Shown here piece by piece: positions 39,196 to 49,526 of a DNA stretch of 64,000 bases; the first letter of the stretch is position 1; each line of letters begins with the position of its first letter. This DNA comes from an uncultured delta proteobacterium (GTDB lineage: Bacteria > Myxococcota > Myxococcia > SLRQ01). Made by a program: the position numbers and the translations under genes. The notes beneath the pieces are model-generated. The model was not told where the DNA came from and did no database searches. It saw only the letters and a program-made list of their open reading frames with translations. The stretch spans positions 640,001-704,000 of the forward strand of contig CAVSGM010000003.1 in assembly GCA_963727485.1 (NCBI GenBank), read 5' to 3'.

Positions 39196-40413
39196 TCAGC
39201 GCCCGCTGATCACCTCGACGCGGTAGCCCCGCTCCTCGAGGCGGGCGACGATCGCGTCCACGTGGTCCGGCCCGCGGGTCTCGAGGGTGAGCTCCACGTC
39301 GGTCTCGCCCAGGGACGCCGCCCGGGTGAAGGCCCGGTCGTGGGTGATCTGGAGGATGTTGGCCTTGAGCTCGCCGACGACCTGCGTCAGCCGCCCCAGC
39401 GCCCCGGGGATGTCCCGGACCTTCACCGTGAGCTGGACCATGCGGCCGTCCTTCACCAGGCCCCGCTCGATGATCCGCGAGAGGAAGTTCACGTCGATGT
39501 TCCCCCCGGAGAGGATCATCACGACCTTCTTCCCCGAGAGGTCGACCCGCCGGTTGATCACCGCCGCCAGCGGCGCCGCCCCCGCCCCCTCGGCCAGGGT
39601 CTTGTCGCGCTCGAGGAGCAGCAGGATGGCGCTGGCGATCTCCTCCTCGTCGACGGTGACCATCTCGTCGACGTAGCGCTGCACCACCGGGAGGGTCTTC
39701 TCCCCCGGGCGCTTCACCGCGATCCCGTCGGCGATGGTCAGCGCCGGGTGGATCTCCACCGGCGTCCCGGCCTCGAGGCTCTCGACCATGGAGGGCAGGG
39801 CCGCCGTCTGGACCCCGATGACCTGGATCTTGGGGTTGGTCTCCTTGAGGGCCACCGCCACCCCGCTGATGAGCCCCCCGCCCCCCACCGGCACCACCAC
39901 CGCCTCCATGAAGGGGTTCTGCTCCAGCAGCTCGAGGCCGATGGTCCCCTGGCCCGCCATCACCTCCTCGTCGTCGAAGGGGTGGACGAAGGTCGCGCCG
40001 TCGTCCCGGGTGATCTCCCGGGCCCGGGCGTAGGCGTCGTCGTAGCTGGCGCCGTGGAGGACCACCTCGGCGCCGAAGTCGCGGGTGGCGTTGACCTTGA
40101 TGAGGGGCGTGCCCTCGGGCATGACGATCTTGGCCCGGAGCCCCAGCCGGCCCGCGTGGTAGGCGACCCCCTGGGCGTGGTTCCCGGCGCTGGCGGCGAC
40201 CACCCCGGCGGCCTTCTCCGCATCGGTGAGGGTCAGCAGGCGGTTGAGGGCTCCCCGCTCCTTGAACGAGCCGGTAAGCTGCAGGTTCTCCATCTTGAAG
40301 AACGCGGAAATGCCACAGAGGCGGCTGAACGTTTCAGAACGGGCGCAGGGCGTCTGGTAGACGAACTCGGAGATCCGTCGCCGGGCGGCCTCGATCTGCT
40401 TGAAGGAGAGCAT
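39196..40413 (-). CDS. ilvA: Threonine ammonia-lyase (PLP-dependent) with C-terminal ACT domain
   Basis: KMENLQLTGSFKERGA, SAGNHAQG, HPFDD, VGGGGL, TIADGIAV, SGGNID. Confidence 0.95.
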   Translation of the reverse strand: MLSFKQIEAARRRISEFVYQTPCARSETFSRLCGISAFFKMENLQLTGSFKERGALNRLLTLTDAEKAAGVVAASAGNHAQGVAYHAGRLGLRAKIVMPEGTPLIKVNATRDFGAEVVLHGASYDDAYARAREITRDDGATFVHPFDDEEVMAGQGTIGLELLEQNPFMEAVVVPVGGGGLISGVAVALKETNPKIQVIGVQTAALPSMVESLEAGTPVEIHPALTIADGIAVKRPGEKTLPVVQRYVDEMVTVDEEEIASAILLLLERDKTLAEGAGAAPLAAVINRRVDLSGKKVVMILSGGNIDVNFLSRIIERGLVKDGRMVQLTVKVRDIPGALGRLTQVVGELKANILQITHDRAFTRAASLGETDVELTLETRGPDHVDAIVARLEERGYRVEVISGR

Positions 40414-41482
40414 GGCGGCGCGAGCCTACCACAGGGAATCCCGGCCGACCGCGGCACTGCGGGCGTCGATCTTCGCCCTCTTCGCGGTGGCCGTCCTGGC
40501 CGCCGGGGCCGGCCGTCACCTCGCCTGGGCGAGCCCCCTGACCATCCAGGCGGGCCCCGCCGCGGGCACCCCCACCGCCCTGCGGATCACCGGGCGGGTC
40601 GTCACCCCCGGGGCCTCCGCCTTCGTCCCAAGGCGGCCCACCGGCGAGTCCCCGGCCTCGGACAACCTCGGCGCCTTCCTGGTCCACGACGTCGAGGACG
40701 CGAAGGTCGTGGTCACCGTCGCCGGGCACCGCGCCGAGACCACCAGCGGCGACGAGGGCTTCTTCCAGGTCACCCTCGGGAAGGACCGGCCCCTCAAGCC
40801 CGGGACCTTCGTGGTCACCATCGAGGCCACCCGGCGCCACGACCGGGGCCACAGGACCCTCTACGCCCAGGTCGTCCCCGCCGGCCCCGGCCTCACCGTG
40901 GTCAGCGACTTCGACGACACCGTCGTCGTCACCGGCGTCCGGGACCTCTCGACCCTGGTGGACAACGCCTTCCTCAAGGCCCCCGAGGCGGTGACGCCCG
41001 TGCCCCGGATGGCGAGCCTCTACCGCTGCCTCGCCGCCGGCGGCGACACCCCGCGCGTCATCCAGTACGTCACCGCCACCCCGATGAACCTCCAGTCCCG
41101 GCTGATGCGCGTCCTCGCCTACCGCCGCTTCCCCCGGGGCCCCGTGGTCCTCAAGCGCCTCTCGCTGAAGACCCTGGGCGACCTCAAGGGTTACAAGGTC
41201 CACGCCATCCTCGACCTCGCCCGGCGCTTCCCGGACCACCGCTTCGTCCTCCTCGGCGACGACGGCCAGAAGGACCCGGAGGTCTACCGGGCGGTGCAGG
41301 CCAGGCTCAAGGGCCGGGTGGCGGCAATCCTCATCCGCCAGGTCCCCGGGGTGAAGGTCACCCCCGGCCGCCTCGCGGGGATGATCCCCTTCCACGACGG
41401 CCGGGACGCCGCCGCCGCCCTGGCCACCCGCGGCCTCATCAGCCGCACCTGCGCCCAGGCCGTCACCGTCGCCGCGCGATGA
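40412..41482 (+). CDS. App1-family (DUF2183) phosphatidate phosphatase-like HAD protein
   Basis: VSDFDDTV (DxDxT), FPRGP, FVLLGDDGQKDPEVY. Start uncertain (alternative GTG at 40487). Confidence 0.82.
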   Translation: MAARAYHRESRPTAALRASIFALFAVAVLAAGAGRHLAWASPLTIQAGPAAGTPTALRITGRVVTPGASAFVPRRPTGESPASDNLGAFLVHDVEDAKVVVTVAGHRAETTSGDEGFFQVTLGKDRPLKPGTFVVTIEATRRHDRGHRTLYAQVVPAGPGLTVVSDFDDTVVVTGVRDLSTLVDNAFLKAPEAVTPVPRMASLYRCLAAGGDTPRVIQYVTATPMNLQSRLMRVLAYRRFPRGPVVLKRLSLKTLGDLKGYKVHAILDLARRFPDHRFVLLGDDGQKDPEVYRAVQARLKGRVAAILIRQVPGVKVTPGRLAGMIPFHDGRDAAAALATRGLISRTCAQAVTVAAR

Positions 41483-44072
41483 GGTCCGCCACCAGGCCGG
41501 TCCACCCGGTCTGGTGCATCGCCCCGAGGCCGGCGCCGGTGTCGCCGTGGAAGTACTCGTGGAAGAGGAGCAGGTCGTGCCACGCCGGGTCCGTCTGGAA
41601 CCGCTCGTAGCCCCCGAACACCGGCCGCCGCCCCGAGGCGTCGTCGCGGAAGAGCGAGACCAGGCGCCTGGTGAGCTCGCCTGCGACCTCGGCGAGGGTC
41701 GCCATCCGCCCCGAGCCGGTGGGGCACTCGACCCGGAAGTCGTCGCCGAGGTAGCCGTGGAACCGGCGCAGGGCCTCGATGAGCAGGAAGTTCACCGGCA
41801 TCCACACCGGCCCGCGCCAGTTGGAGTTGCCCCCGAAGAGGCCGGTGGTGCTCTCCCCGGGCTCGTAGTCGAGCCGCGCGGTGGCGCCGCCGAGGCGGAT
41901 CTCCAGGGGATGGTCCCGGTGGTACCGGGAGAGCGCCCGCACCCCGTGGGGTGAGAGGAACTCGTCCTCGTCGAGGACCCGCGCCAGGATCCGCCGGAGG
42001 CGCTCGGGCGAGACGATGGACATCAGCCGCCGGGCCCGGTCCGAGCCGGTGTCGCAGTGGGCCACCACCCCGCCGTACTCGGGCTTGTGGTCGACGAACC
42101 ACCCCATGCGCCGGGCGAAGTCCGGGAGCCGGTCGACCCCCTCGCCGTCGAGGACCGCCACCGCGAACAGGGGCACCAGCCCCACCATCGACCGCCCGCG
42201 CACCGGGGTCACCGACCCGTCCCGGTGGCGCCACACGTCGTAGTAGAAGCCGTCGGCCTCGTCCCAGAGCCCCTGGTCGTTCATCGCCGAGGCGATGTAG
42301 GCGAAGTGCTCGAAGAACTTGGTGGCGACGTCCTCGTAGACCGGGTCCTTCTCGGCGAGGACCAGCGCGATGTCGAGGAGGTCGAGGGCGTACATCGCCA
42401 TCCAGGCGGTGCCGTCGCTCTGCTCCAGCCACCCGTCGCCGGGGAGCGGCTGGGAGCGGTCGAAGGGCCCGATGTTGTCGAGGCCGAGGAACCCGCCCTC
42501 GAACACGTTGTTCCCCGCCGTGTCCTTGCGGTTCACCCACCAGGTGAAGTTGAGGAGCAGCTTGTGGAACACCCGCTCCAAGAACGCCCGGTCGCGCCGC
42601 CCGTCGAGCTCGAAGACCCTCCGCGCCGCCCAGGCGTGCACCGGCGGGTTCACGTCGCCAAACGCCCACTCGTAGGCCGGCAGCTGCCCCGAGGGGTGCA
42701 TGTACCACTCGCGGCACAGGAGGGTGAGCTGGTGCTTGGCGAAGGCCGGGTCCACGTGGGCCAGCGCCACCGTGTGGAACGCCAGGTCCCAGGCGGCGTA
42801 CCAGGGGTACTCCCACTTGTCCGGCATCGAGATCACGTCGCGGTTGTTGAGGTGGCGCCACCCGGCGTTGCGCCCGCGCTTCCGGGACGCCGGCGGGGTC
42901 GGCTCGCCGGGATCGCCGTCGAGCCAGCGCGCCACGTCGAAGTGGTAGAACTGCTTCGACCAGAGCATCCCCGCGAAGGCCTGGCGCAGGGTGGCGCGGT
43001 CCTGGGTGTCGGTGCCGTCCGGCGCCCGCTCGGCGTGGAAGGCGTCGGCCTCCTGCGCCCGCTGGCGCATCGTCCGGGTGAAGCCGCGCTCCAGGTCCGG
43101 CGGGTCGCCCGTGGGCCGGGCGAGGCGCAGGCGCAGCTCGACCTCGCCCCCGGCGGGGACCTCGAGCCGGTAGTGGAAGGCGGCCTTGGTCCCCCGGTGC
43201 GCCGGGTTCACCGTGGCGGCGCCATGCAGGAGGTGGTCGCCGATGCCGTCCTTGGGGAAGGGCGTGGCGGCGGCGCCGCCGAAGAGGCGGGGAAAGTTGG
43301 TCTCGTTCTCGCAGAACAGCGCCTCGGGCGCCTGGCCGTCCGGGCCGGGCGCCGCCGCCAGCCGGTAGTCCCCGAGCCCCTCGTGCTGCGCCAGGATCCC
43401 GCCGTCGGCGTCGAGGGCCAGCTTTGGCCTCGCCGACCCGGGCGCCCAGCTCCAGGTGTTCCGGAACCACAGGGTCGGCAGCACCCGCAGCGGCGCCGCC
43501 TCCGGGCCATGGTTGCGCACGGTGATCCGCATCAGCAGGTCCTCGGGCCCGGCCTTCGCGTAGTCCACCGAGACCGCGAAGTACCGGTCGCCGTCGAAGA
43601 TCCCCGTGTCCACCAGCTCGTACTCGGGCTGCCCCCGGCCGCGCCGGCGGTTCTCCGCCACCAGCTCGCCATAGGGGAAGGCGGCCTGGGCATAGTGCAT
43701 CCGCCAGCGCATCCAGGCGTGGGAGGGCACCGCGTCGAGGTACCACCAGTACTCCTTGGCGTCCTCGCCGTGGTTCCCCTCCTCGCCGGTGAGCCCGAAG
43801 ATCCGCTCCTTGAGGATCGGGTCGCGCTCGTTCCACAGGGCGAGCGCCAGGCAGAGCCGCTGGCGCAGATCGCACATCCCCGCCAGGCCGTCCTCGCTCC
43901 AGCGGTAGGCCCGGGACCGGGCGTGGTCGTGGGGGAAGTAGTCCCAGGCGGTGCCCCCCGGGCTGTAGTCCTCGCGCACCGTCCCCCAGGCCCGCTCCGA
44001 GAGGTAGGGGCCCCAGGCGCGCCACGCCCCCGCCTCCCGGTCCCCGCCCAGCCGCCTCGACTCCGCGCTCAT
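41463..44072 (-). CDS. MGH1/GH63-like glycoside hydrolase (glucosidase)
   Basis: [54 protein letters not shown]. Confidence 0.92.
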   Translation of the reverse strand: MSAESRRLGGDREAGAWRAWGPYLSERAWGTVREDYSPGGTAWDYFPHDHARSRAYRWSEDGLAGMCDLRQRLCLALALWNERDPILKERIFGLTGEEGNHGEDAKEYWWYLDAVPSHAWMRWRMHYAQAAFPYGELVAENRRRGRGQPEYELVDTGIFDGDRYFAVSVDYAKAGPEDLLMRITVRNHGPEAAPLRVLPTLWFRNTWSWAPGSARPKLALDADGGILAQHEGLGDYRLAAAPGPDGQAPEALFCENETNFPRLFGGAAATPFPKDGIGDHLLHGAATVNPAHRGTKAAFHYRLEVPAGGEVELRLRLARPTGDPPDLERGFTRTMRQRAQEADAFHAERAPDGTDTQDRATLRQAFAGMLWSKQFYHFDVARWLDGDPGEPTPPASRKRGRNAGWRHLNNRDVISMPDKWEYPWYAAWDLAFHTVALAHVDPAFAKHQLTLLCREWYMHPSGQLPAYEWAFGDVNPPVHAWAARRVFELDGRRDRAFLERVFHKLLLNFTWWVNRKDTAGNNVFEGGFLGLDNIGPFDRSQPLPGDGWLEQSDGTAWMAMYALDLLDIALVLAEKDPVYEDVATKFFEHFAYIASAMNDQGLWDEADGFYYDVWRHRDGSVTPVRGRSMVGLVPLFAVAVLDGEGVDRLPDFARRMGWFVDHKPEYGGVVAHCDTGSDRARRLMSIVSPERLRRILARVLDEDEFLSPHGVRALSRYHRDHPLEIRLGGATARLDYEPGESTTGLFGGNSNWRGPVWMPVNFLLIEALRRFHGYLGDDFRVECPTGSGRMATLAEVAGELTRRLVSLFRDDASGRRPVFGGYERFQTDPAWHDLLLFHEYFHGDTGAGLGAMHQTGWTGLVADLIARRR

Positions 44073-44130
44073 GGTCGTTCCTCCGTCCGGACCCCTTCTG
44101 CGGCGAGGCCCGTCGTGTCACCTTGCGACC

Positions 44131-46035
44131 ATGAACGGGATCCTCCTTGGGAGCCAGACCTGTGGCGACCTGGCCAGCGGCGCGGCGCGGGAGTGGCTGG
44201 TCACCGACGGCCTCGGGGGCTACGCCATGGGGACGGTCAGCGGGCTGCGCACCCGGCGCTACCACGGCCTGTTGGTCACCGCGGTGGCCGGCCCGGGGGT
44301 GCGGCGGATGGCGCTGGCGTCCCTGGACCCGGTGCTGGTCCTCGGCGACCGGCGCGTCCGCCTCGGGGTCCACGCCTGGGAGAGCGGCGCCACCGATCCC
44401 CAGGGGCACCGGCTGCTGGCCCGCTTCGCCCTCGTCGACGGGCTCCCGAGCTGGCGGTGGATGGTCGACGGGGTGGTCCTGGAGCGGACGCTGGCCCTCG
44501 CCCGCGGGCGGCCGGCGGTGGGGGTGGTCCACCGGCTGGTGGCGGCCCCGGGAGCGGTGCGCCTGGAGCTCTCGGCCCTGGGTACCTGGCGTGACGTCCA
44601 CGGTGAGCGCTTCGGCACCGGCCCCGCGCCCCTGCGCCCGGTGGACGGCGGCGCCATCTTCGACGACGCCTGGCGCGTCGACGGCCCGGGCTTCGTCCCC
44701 GCCGGCGACTGGTACCGGGGGGTGCGCCACCCCGAGGAGGCGGCGCGGGGCCTCGCCGACCACGAGGACCTCTGCCACCTCGGGACCTTCGCCCGGGACC
44801 TGGCCCCCGGCGACACCCTGGAGGTCCTCGCCTGGGCCGGGGAGCTCGACGCCCGCCCCGACCCGGCCGCCACCCTGGTCGACGCCGCCCGGGCACGGGC
44901 CCGCGCCGTCGTCGCCCGGGCGAAGGCCGCGGACCCGGTGGACGCCGCCCTGGCCCTCGCCGCCGACCACCACCGCATCGACGGGCCCACCGCCGTCGCC
45001 GGCTACCCCTGGTTCGGCGAGTGGTCCCGGGACAGCCTCACCAGCTACGCCGGCCTCTACCTCGAGACCGGGGAGCACGACGCCGGCCGGGCGCTCCTGG
45101 CACGCCTCGCCGGCCGGTTCGAGCAGGGCCTGCTCCCCAACACCACCGACGGCGGCGACGCCCAGTACAACACCGCCGACGCCACCCCCTGGTACCTCCA
45201 CGTCCTCGCCCGCCACGTCGAGGCCACCGGGGACACCGATCTGGCCGCCGAGGTGCTCCCGGCGGTGGAGCGGGCCGTCGCCGACCTCGTCGCCGGCACC
45301 CGCTACGGCATCCGCGTCGATGCCGCCGACGGCCTGCTGACCCAGGGCGCCGACGGCGTCGCCCTCACCTGGATGGACGCCCGGGTCCGGGGTCGGGCGG
45401 TCACGCCCCGCGCCGGCAAGCCGGTGGAGGTGAACGCCCTCTGGGTCGCCGGGCTGACCGCCGTCGCCAGGCTCCAGCGGCGCCTCGGGCGAAAGGACAC
45501 CCTCTCGGCCCTCGCCGACCGGGCCCGGGCGGGGTTCCCCGAACGCTTCGTCCGGGGCGGCGCCGTCCTCGACGTCGCCTCCGGCCCCGGCGGGGACGAC
45601 GCCTCCCTGCGCCCCAACCAGCTCTTCGCCGTGGGCCTCCCCGGGGCGCCGCTCCAGGGCGACATCGCCCGCTCGGTCGTGGACACGGTGCGCCGCCGGC
45701 TCCTCACCCCCCTGGGCCCGAGGTCCCTCGATCCCGCCGATCCCGCCTACCGCGGCAGCCACCACGGGGGCCCGGCAAGGCGCGACCGGGCCTACCACCA
45801 GGGCACCGTGTGGCCCTGGCTCACGGGGATCTACGTCGACGCCGCCCTGGCCACGGGCGCCCCCACCGACGGCGTCCTCGACGGGCTCGAGGCCCACCTC
45901 GGCGAGTGGGGTCTGGGCTCGGTCTCCGAGACGACCGACGGCGACGCGCCCCACCTCGCCACCGGCTGCCCGTTCCAGGCGTGGTCGGTGGCCGAGGTGC
46001 TCCGGGCACGTCGCCGTCTCATCCAGTCACGCTGA
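44131..46035 (+). CDS. Amylo-alpha-1,6-glucosidase (glycogen debranching enzyme family)
   Basis: REWLVTDGLGGYAMGT, RRYHGLL, AGYPWFGEWSRD, TWMDA, RPNQ, AYHQGTVWPW, QAWS. Confidence 0.93.
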   Translation: MNGILLGSQTCGDLASGAAREWLVTDGLGGYAMGTVSGLRTRRYHGLLVTAVAGPGVRRMALASLDPVLVLGDRRVRLGVHAWESGATDPQGHRLLARFALVDGLPSWRWMVDGVVLERTLALARGRPAVGVVHRLVAAPGAVRLELSALGTWRDVHGERFGTGPAPLRPVDGGAIFDDAWRVDGPGFVPAGDWYRGVRHPEEAARGLADHEDLCHLGTFARDLAPGDTLEVLAWAGELDARPDPAATLVDAARARARAVVARAKAADPVDAALALAADHHRIDGPTAVAGYPWFGEWSRDSLTSYAGLYLETGEHDAGRALLARLAGRFEQGLLPNTTDGGDAQYNTADATPWYLHVLARHVEATGDTDLAAEVLPAVERAVADLVAGTRYGIRVDAADGLLTQGADGVALTWMDARVRGRAVTPRAGKPVEVNALWVAGLTAVARLQRRLGRKDTLSALADRARAGFPERFVRGGAVLDVASGPGGDDASLRPNQLFAVGLPGAPLQGDIARSVVDTVRRRLLTPLGPRSLDPADPAYRGSHHGGPARRDRAYHQGTVWPWLTGIYVDAALATGAPTDGVLDGLEAHLGEWGLGSVSETTDGDAPHLATGCPFQAWSVAEVLRARRRLIQSR

Positions 46036-46044
46036 AGCGTGGCC

Positions 46045-46590
46045 TCAGCCCGCAGGGACCTCGCCCGGCATCAGCACCGTGTCGATGACGTGGATGATCC
46101 CGTTGGAGGCGCGGATGTCGGTCCCGGTGACGGTGGCGCCACCGACCATCACCTTGCCGTTCATCGACTTGACCTCGAGCATCTTGCCGTTGACGGTCTT
46201 GAGCTCGGTCTGCTTCATGACGTCCTCGGCGGTCAGGCTGCCAGGGACCACGTGGTAGGTGAGGATGGCGCGCAGCTGGTCCTTGTTCTCGGGCTTGAGC
46301 AGGTCGGCCAGGGTGCCCTCGGGCAGCCGGGCGAAGGCCGCGTCGGTGGGGGCGAAGACGGTGAAGGGTCCGGCCCCCTCGAGGGTGGAGGTGAGGTCCG
46401 CGGCCTTGAGGGCCTTGAGCAGGGTGCCGAACTCACCCTTGTGCTCCGCGGTCTTGATGAGGTCCTTCTTGGCCTTGGCGCTCTCGCCCTCGGCGTGCTC
46501 GTACCCACCGGCGAGGGCGGCGGTGCCCACGCCCAGAGCGAGACCGGCGACGAGGGCGACCAGGGCGCGCAGCGAAAAGATATTCTTCAT
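46045..46590 (-). CDS. Secreted fasciclin (FAS1) domain protein
   Basis: Signal peptide; GPFTVFAPTDAAF, ILTYHVV, NGIIHVIDTVL; GGAG RBS before ATG 46590. Confidence 0.93.
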   Translation of the reverse strand: MKNIFSLRALVALVAGLALGVGTAALAGGYEHAEGESAKAKKDLIKTAEHKGEFGTLLKALKAADLTSTLEGAGPFTVFAPTDAAFARLPEGTLADLLKPENKDQLRAILTYHVVPGSLTAEDVMKQTELKTVNGKMLEVKSMNGKVMVGGATVTGTDIRASNGIIHVIDTVLMPGEVPAG

Positions 46591-46754
46591 GACGTTCTCC
46601 ATGGCCGGGGTGCATCGATCGCGCACCACGCGCGCAGCCCCCCGGCAGCGGTGGATCTAGGGACCCGGGCCGAGGGTTCAACGCGGGTTCGTGCCCCACG
46701 AGGAGGGCTAGGTGGGGCAGGATGCGCCCGGGGGTGGGGGGCCTCGGGGGCGCG

Positions 46755-46782
46755 TTGACGGGCGGGTCGGCTGGTCTATACT
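46755..46782 (+). promoter_or_regulatory. Putative sigma70 promoter for the acyl-CoA dehydrogenase
   Basis: TTGACG-N16-TATACT. Confidence 0.6.
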
Positions 46783-46787
46783 CGGCC

Positions 46788-46805
46788 TGAATGAGTATTC
46801 ATTCG
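46788..46805. promoter_or_regulatory. Palindromic operator matching the Bacillus-type FadR (YsiA, TetR family) box
   Basis: TGAATGAGTATTCATTCG, an AT-rich palindrome placed at the predicted transcription start of a fatty-acid degradation gene. Confidence 0.75.
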
Positions 46806-46870
46806 GTGGCTCGGCGAGCGTCGCCGGGCCCGCCGCGTCCCACCCCGACGATCCCCCGACGGAGCCCACC

Positions 46871-48685
46871 ATGACCGCCCAGCCCGAGGCCCGCACCGAG
46901 TCCACCGCCCCCAAGCCCGCCGAGCCGCGCCCCCCCCGGGGCGGCGCCTTCCTCCTCACCGAGGTCGCCACCGAGCCGGTGTTCACCCCGGAGAAGCTCA
47001 CCGAGGAGCAGCGGATGTTCTTCCGCACCGCCACCGACTTCGTCGAGGGCGAGGTCCTCCCCAAGGCCGAGGCCATCGAGCAGAAGAACCCGGCGCTGCT
47101 GCGCGACCTGCTCGGGAAGGCCGGTGAGCTGGGCCTGTTGATGATCGAGATCCCCGAGCGCTTCGGGGGGCTGGGCTCCGACGTGACCACCGCGCTGCTG
47201 GTGGCCGAGGCCATGGCGCGCCTGGGCTCCTGGTCGGTGACCATCGGCGCCCACACCGGCATCGGCACCCAGCCCATCCTCTTCTTCGCGAGCGACGCCC
47301 AGAAGCAGAAGTACCTCCCGAGCCTCGCCACCGGCGAGAAGATCGCCGCCTACGCCCTCACCGAGCCCGGCGCCGGCTCCGACGCCCTGGCCGGCCGCAC
47401 CAAGGCGACGCTCTCGGAGGACGGAACCCACTACCTGCTCAACGGTTCCAAGCAGTGGATCACCAACGGCGGCATCGCCGACGTGTTCGTGGTCTTCGCC
47501 AAGATCGACGGCGACAAGTTCACCGGGTTCATCGTGGAGAAGGGCACCGAGGGCTTCACCGTGGGGCCCGAGGAGCACAAGATGGGCATCCGGGGCTCGT
47601 CGACGACGACGCTCCACTTCGAGGACGCCAGGGTGCCGGTGGAGAACGTGCTCTTCGAGATCGGCAAGGGCCACAAGATCGCGTTCAACATCCTCAACAT
47701 GGGCCGCCTGAAGCTGGGCTTCGGCGCCACCGGCGGCGCCCGCTACATGCTGCGCGACGCCATCGAGTACGGGCAGACGCGCAAGACCTTCGGCCACGCC
47801 ATCCTCGACTACGGCATGATCCGGATGAAGCTCGCCCGGATGGCGGCGCTCATCCACGCCTCCGAGTCCATGGCCTACCGCACCGCGGGGATGGTCGACG
47901 CCTTCATCGAGGCCGGCGGCGGGCACGAAAACGAGGAGGCCACCCGCGCCGCCCTCGAGGAGTTCGCCATCGAGAGCTCGATCATGAAGGTCTTCGGCTC
48001 CGAGACCCTCTTCTACGTCGCCGACGAGGACCTGCAGATCCACGGCGGCTACGGCTACGTCGAGGACTACATGATCGAGCGCGGGTTCCGGGACCAGCGC
48101 ATCAACCGGATCTTCGAGGGGACCAACGAGATCAACCGGCTGCTGGTCCCGGGGATGCTCCTCAAGCGGGCGATGAAGGGCACCCTGGCCCTGCTGCCGA
48201 AAAGCGCCGAGGTGGTGCAGGCCCTCGAGGCGGGCGAGGCCACCCTGCCCACCTACGAGGGGCCGCTGGCCCGGGAGCGCCAGGCCGCCGAGGCGGTCAA
48301 GCAGCTGGCCATCTACGTCACCGCCATGGCCGTGGGCCGCTTCGGGCCGGGGCTCGAGGCCGAGCAGGAGGTCCTGGGGCCGCTGGCCGACGTGGTCGCC
48401 GCCGCCTACGCCATCGACGCCACCGTCACCCGGTCCCTCCAGCACCAGGGCGACCGCTTCGAGCTGCGCGAGGCCCTGACCCGCCACTTCGTCGCCGACG
48501 CCTGGGAGCAGGCCTTCGTCACCTCGAGGCGGCTTCTGGCCACCATCGGCGGGGAGAAGGCCGGGAAGATGATCGCCGCCGTCGCCGGGCTCTACGTCCA
48601 CGCGCCCTTCGACTTCAAGGCGACCCAGGAGGCCATCGTCACCGCGGCCATCGAGGCGGGCGGCTACCCGCTGGCGCTGGGGTAG
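46871..48685 (+). CDS. Long-type acyl-CoA dehydrogenase (FadE/VLCAD-like, about 600 aa)
   Basis: AYALTEPGAGSDA, GSKQWITNG, EHKMGIRGSST, QIHGGYGY, RIFEGTNEINR. Confidence 0.95.
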   Translation: MTAQPEARTESTAPKPAEPRPPRGGAFLLTEVATEPVFTPEKLTEEQRMFFRTATDFVEGEVLPKAEAIEQKNPALLRDLLGKAGELGLLMIEIPERFGGLGSDVTTALLVAEAMARLGSWSVTIGAHTGIGTQPILFFASDAQKQKYLPSLATGEKIAAYALTEPGAGSDALAGRTKATLSEDGTHYLLNGSKQWITNGGIADVFVVFAKIDGDKFTGFIVEKGTEGFTVGPEEHKMGIRGSSTTTLHFEDARVPVENVLFEIGKGHKIAFNILNMGRLKLGFGATGGARYMLRDAIEYGQTRKTFGHAILDYGMIRMKLARMAALIHASESMAYRTAGMVDAFIEAGGGHENEEATRAALEEFAIESSIMKVFGSETLFYVADEDLQIHGGYGYVEDYMIERGFRDQRINRIFEGTNEINRLLVPGMLLKRAMKGTLALLPKSAEVVQALEAGEATLPTYEGPLARERQAAEAVKQLAIYVTAMAVGRFGPGLEAEQEVLGPLADVVAAAYAIDATVTRSLQHQGDRFELREALTRHFVADAWEQAFVTSRRLLATIGGEKAGKMIAAVAGLYVHAPFDFKATQEAIVTAAIEAGGYPLALG

Positions 48686-48743
48686 GCCGGGCGCCTCGTA
48701 TCCGTTGACCGCCGCCCCGGGCACCACTAGGGTCTGCGCGCCC

Positions 48744-49514
48744 ATGGACGCGTCCGTCGCCACCCTCGAGGCCGAGGCTCTCAAGGGCCCCATCCCGGCC
48801 CACGTCGCCATCATCATGGACGGCAACGGGCGATGGGCCGAGGCCCGGGGGCGCCCGCGCCTCGCCGGCCACCGGGAGGGCGCCGAGTCGGTGCGCGCGG
48901 TGACCCGCAGCGCCCGGCGCCTGGGGGTCAAGGCCCTGACCCTCTACGCCTTCAGCGCCCAGAACTGGGCCCGCCCCGAGGCCGAGGTCGCCGGGCTCAT
49001 GGGCCTGCTCCGGGACTACCTCCTCGGCGAGCGCGAGGAGCTGATGGACCACGACATCCGCCTGGCCGCCGTCGGCGACCTCGACCGGTTGCCGCCCCAC
49101 GTCCGGGAGCCCCTCGACGAGCTGATGGCCGACACCGCGGTGGGCGAGGAGATGGTCCTCACCCTCTGCCTCTCCTATGGCGGCCGGGAGGAGCTGGTCA
49201 CCGCCGCGAGGCGCCTCGCCGCCGAGGTCGCCGCCGGGCGCCTCGCCCCAGACGACATCGACGCCGAGGTCTTCGCCGGGCGCCTCTGGACCGGCGACCT
49301 CCCCGAGCCCGACCTCCTCATCCGCACCAGCGGCGAGCAGCGCCTCTCGAACTTCCTCCTCTGGGGGAGCGCCTACGCCGAGCTGGTCTTCACCTCCACC
49401 CCCTGGCCCGAGTTCCGGGAGGCGGACCTCTGCCGCGCCATCGGGGCCTACCAGCGCCGGGATCGGCGCTTCGGCCTCACCGGCGGCCAGCTGCGTGGCC
49501 CCGACGGCCTCTAG
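48744..49514 (+). CDS. uppS: Undecaprenyl diphosphate synthase (cis-prenyltransferase)
   Basis: HVAIIMDGNGRWA, YAFSAQNWARP, DLLIRTSGEQRLSNFLLW; upstream TTGACC-N17-TAGGGT. Confidence 0.95.
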   Translation: MDASVATLEAEALKGPIPAHVAIIMDGNGRWAEARGRPRLAGHREGAESVRAVTRSARRLGVKALTLYAFSAQNWARPEAEVAGLMGLLRDYLLGEREELMDHDIRLAAVGDLDRLPPHVREPLDELMADTAVGEEMVLTLCLSYGGREELVTAARRLAAEVAAGRLAPDDIDAEVFAGRLWTGDLPEPDLLIRTSGEQRLSNFLLWGSAYAELVFTSTPWPEFREADLCRAIGAYQRRDRRFGLTGGQLRGPDGL

Positions 49515-49526
49515 GACGCCCGGGTC

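Noticed and set aside
41284..45954. Long shadow ORFs (for example 41284-45954, 4277-8395, 28257-31376)
   Set aside because: These are antisense or alternate-frame ORFs expected in very GC-rich DNA. They have no recognisable motifs and overlap well-supported genes.
46660..46710. GGGTTCAA/GGGTTCG T-loop-like strings suggesting a tRNA
   Set aside because: I could not build an acceptor stem, D-arm or anticodon arm around them.
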